DNA of 64,000 nucleotides from Azolla caroliniana (Eukaryota; Plantae; Polypodiophyta), in assembly GCA_043228905.1 (NCBI GenBank), contig JBHGNT010000002.1, forward strand, positions 19,964,001 to 20,028,000, in the 5' to 3' direction. The position numbers and the translations under genes are program-made. Shown here in pieces: positions 62,644 through 64,000 of the stretch (position 1 is the first letter of the stretch; each line of letters starts with the position of its first letter). The notes under the pieces were generated by a model, which ran no database searches, was not told the origin of the DNA, and saw only the letters and a list, made by a program, of their open reading frames with translations.

Positions 62644-64000
62644 ACTGTGTCGTGCCTTTCGGCGTCAGATCGTTTGCGTGAGTCGGGTGGGAACCGCTGG
62701 GGTTTTGGACTAGGAAGAGGAGAGTTTTAAGGCTAATAAGAATATAAATATGTTGTAAGAAAGAGTTATAGCAAACTCGTGAATCCCACGAGTGTATTGT
62801 ATTAGATTAATCAATATGAATATAAGAATATAAACTTCGGTTGAAAGAGAATGATATAGAATTCTCGTGAATCCCACGAGTATAGTTTATTAATTGGTGT
62901 TTTTTAGAAACATATCCAGTTTCCAAATATTTTTCACACCCAATTACATTGTGCTTCCCCATCCTTATGTAGTGATGAGGAAGTCTTAGTAATCCATGCT
63001 TTTTCTCTAACTATAGACCCCATGCTTTTCCTATAGATAGACTATATGCTTTATCTAAAGTGATCATGCTTTTTTTTCTAACTTGTGCGTTTTTTATCAT
63101 GCACGTTAGATGTGTATGTGTAGCTTTTTCTTTTGTTATGCGTTTTTCTAATGTTTATCCTAGCGTGAATTTACCTTTCTATGTGGGACATCTATGCTTT
63201 AACACTAATGAAATGCTAGTGTAATGGTAAGACATTACATTATTAACATGGAGGTGCAAGGTTCGAATCTTGCCCTATGCATGTTTCATTTATTTTGCTA
63301 TTTTCTTCTATTTCTTCATTTTTTATTGAATCTAATACTATATACGTTTTTCACGTAGTGTACAAAATACACTACGACAACGTGCATAGGGCAAGATTCA
63401 AACCTTGCACCTCCATGTAGATAAACTTCAACTTTACCATTAAAATAACTTATCTTTAGTGTTATACATATAGATTTAATACGTATAAGACCTTTATTTA
63501 CACATACCTTTATAAAAAGGTAAAAATCATGCACATCTAGCGTGAATATTTTATTTACACGTGACATTGAAAGTGACTCATGCACATCTAGCGTGCATGA
63601 GCCCTATATTTAGGAAATGACAAAGCATCACATGCACATTTAGTGTGCATGGACACTTTTGGTGAAAAAGCATGAAGCCATGCTTAGCCTCTTCCATCTT
63701 TATATAAGGAGGAGAGAAATATGTATAAGGTTGTTGATTAATATACAAGGATTGATCAATCTAATATATTCGTGGGATTCACGAATTTTGCCACCTAAAT
63801 TACTCTTATAATCTAAATATTGTTTTAAATACACAAAACTCGTGGGATTCACGAGATTGCTATCTTACTTCTATTTCTACTATTCCTAACTAGCCTTAAG
63901 TTGTATTCCTCTTCCTCCTAGTCCAAAACCTCGGCGGTTCCCACCCGACTCACGCAATGATCCGGAGCCGAAAGGCACGACACCGCTCTTTACTGCATCA

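Larger units (their letters stand above)
59855..63379 (-). mobile_element. Element C: young non-autonomous LTR element with 732-bp LTRs, a tRNA-Trp PBS and a single ORF
   Basis: LTRs 62648-63379 and 59855-60586 are both 732 bp with no difference noticed by eye. Perfect TSD acgt, PBS at 62626-62643, PPT ggagggggtgag next to 60586. Confidence 0.95.
58404..63982 (+). mobile_element. Element B: internally deleted Ty3/gypsy LTR retrotransposon whose 3' LTR is split by element C
   Basis: 5' LTR 58404 to about 59068 (3' end deleted), RT-integrase fusion remnant, PPT ggagggggcgag 59741-59752, 3' LTR 59753-59854 plus 63384-63982. TSD ccgc (58400-58403 / 63983-63986). Confidence 0.92.

Overview
AT-rich, intron-containing land-plant nuclear DNA, most consistent with a fern or other seed-free plant. 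This is an inference from the fern-style PLS PPR repeats and the intact RNA-binding motifs of cpSRP54. Five host genes: the 5' part of a small conserved plant membrane-protein gene (minus, running off the left edge), an intronless 896-aa PLS/E-class PPR gene, a 7-exon plastid M41/FtsH-like HEAGH protein (At5g27290-like), a 12-exon ARC1/AIMP1-like tRNA-binding protein, and a 14-exon cpSRP54 (FFC). The rest is mostly transposons: decayed L1-type and RTE-like LINEs, two Ty1/copia elements, a copia-type solo LTR, hAT MITEs with 8-bp TSDs and a Mutator-like foldback MITE. The most unusual material is a family of Ty3/gypsy-type LTR elements with TGTCGT...ACGACA ends (4621-5282 and 57221-63982). All their 4-bp target duplications are CG-centred, two elements sit in tandem on one target site, and one is a young pol-less element with a tRNA-Trp PBS and a single ~673-aa ORF. 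Their LTRs carry an antisense tRNA-like Pol III A/B-box module, and most also carry conserved hairpins. All coordinates and alignments were read by eye; no database searches were run.
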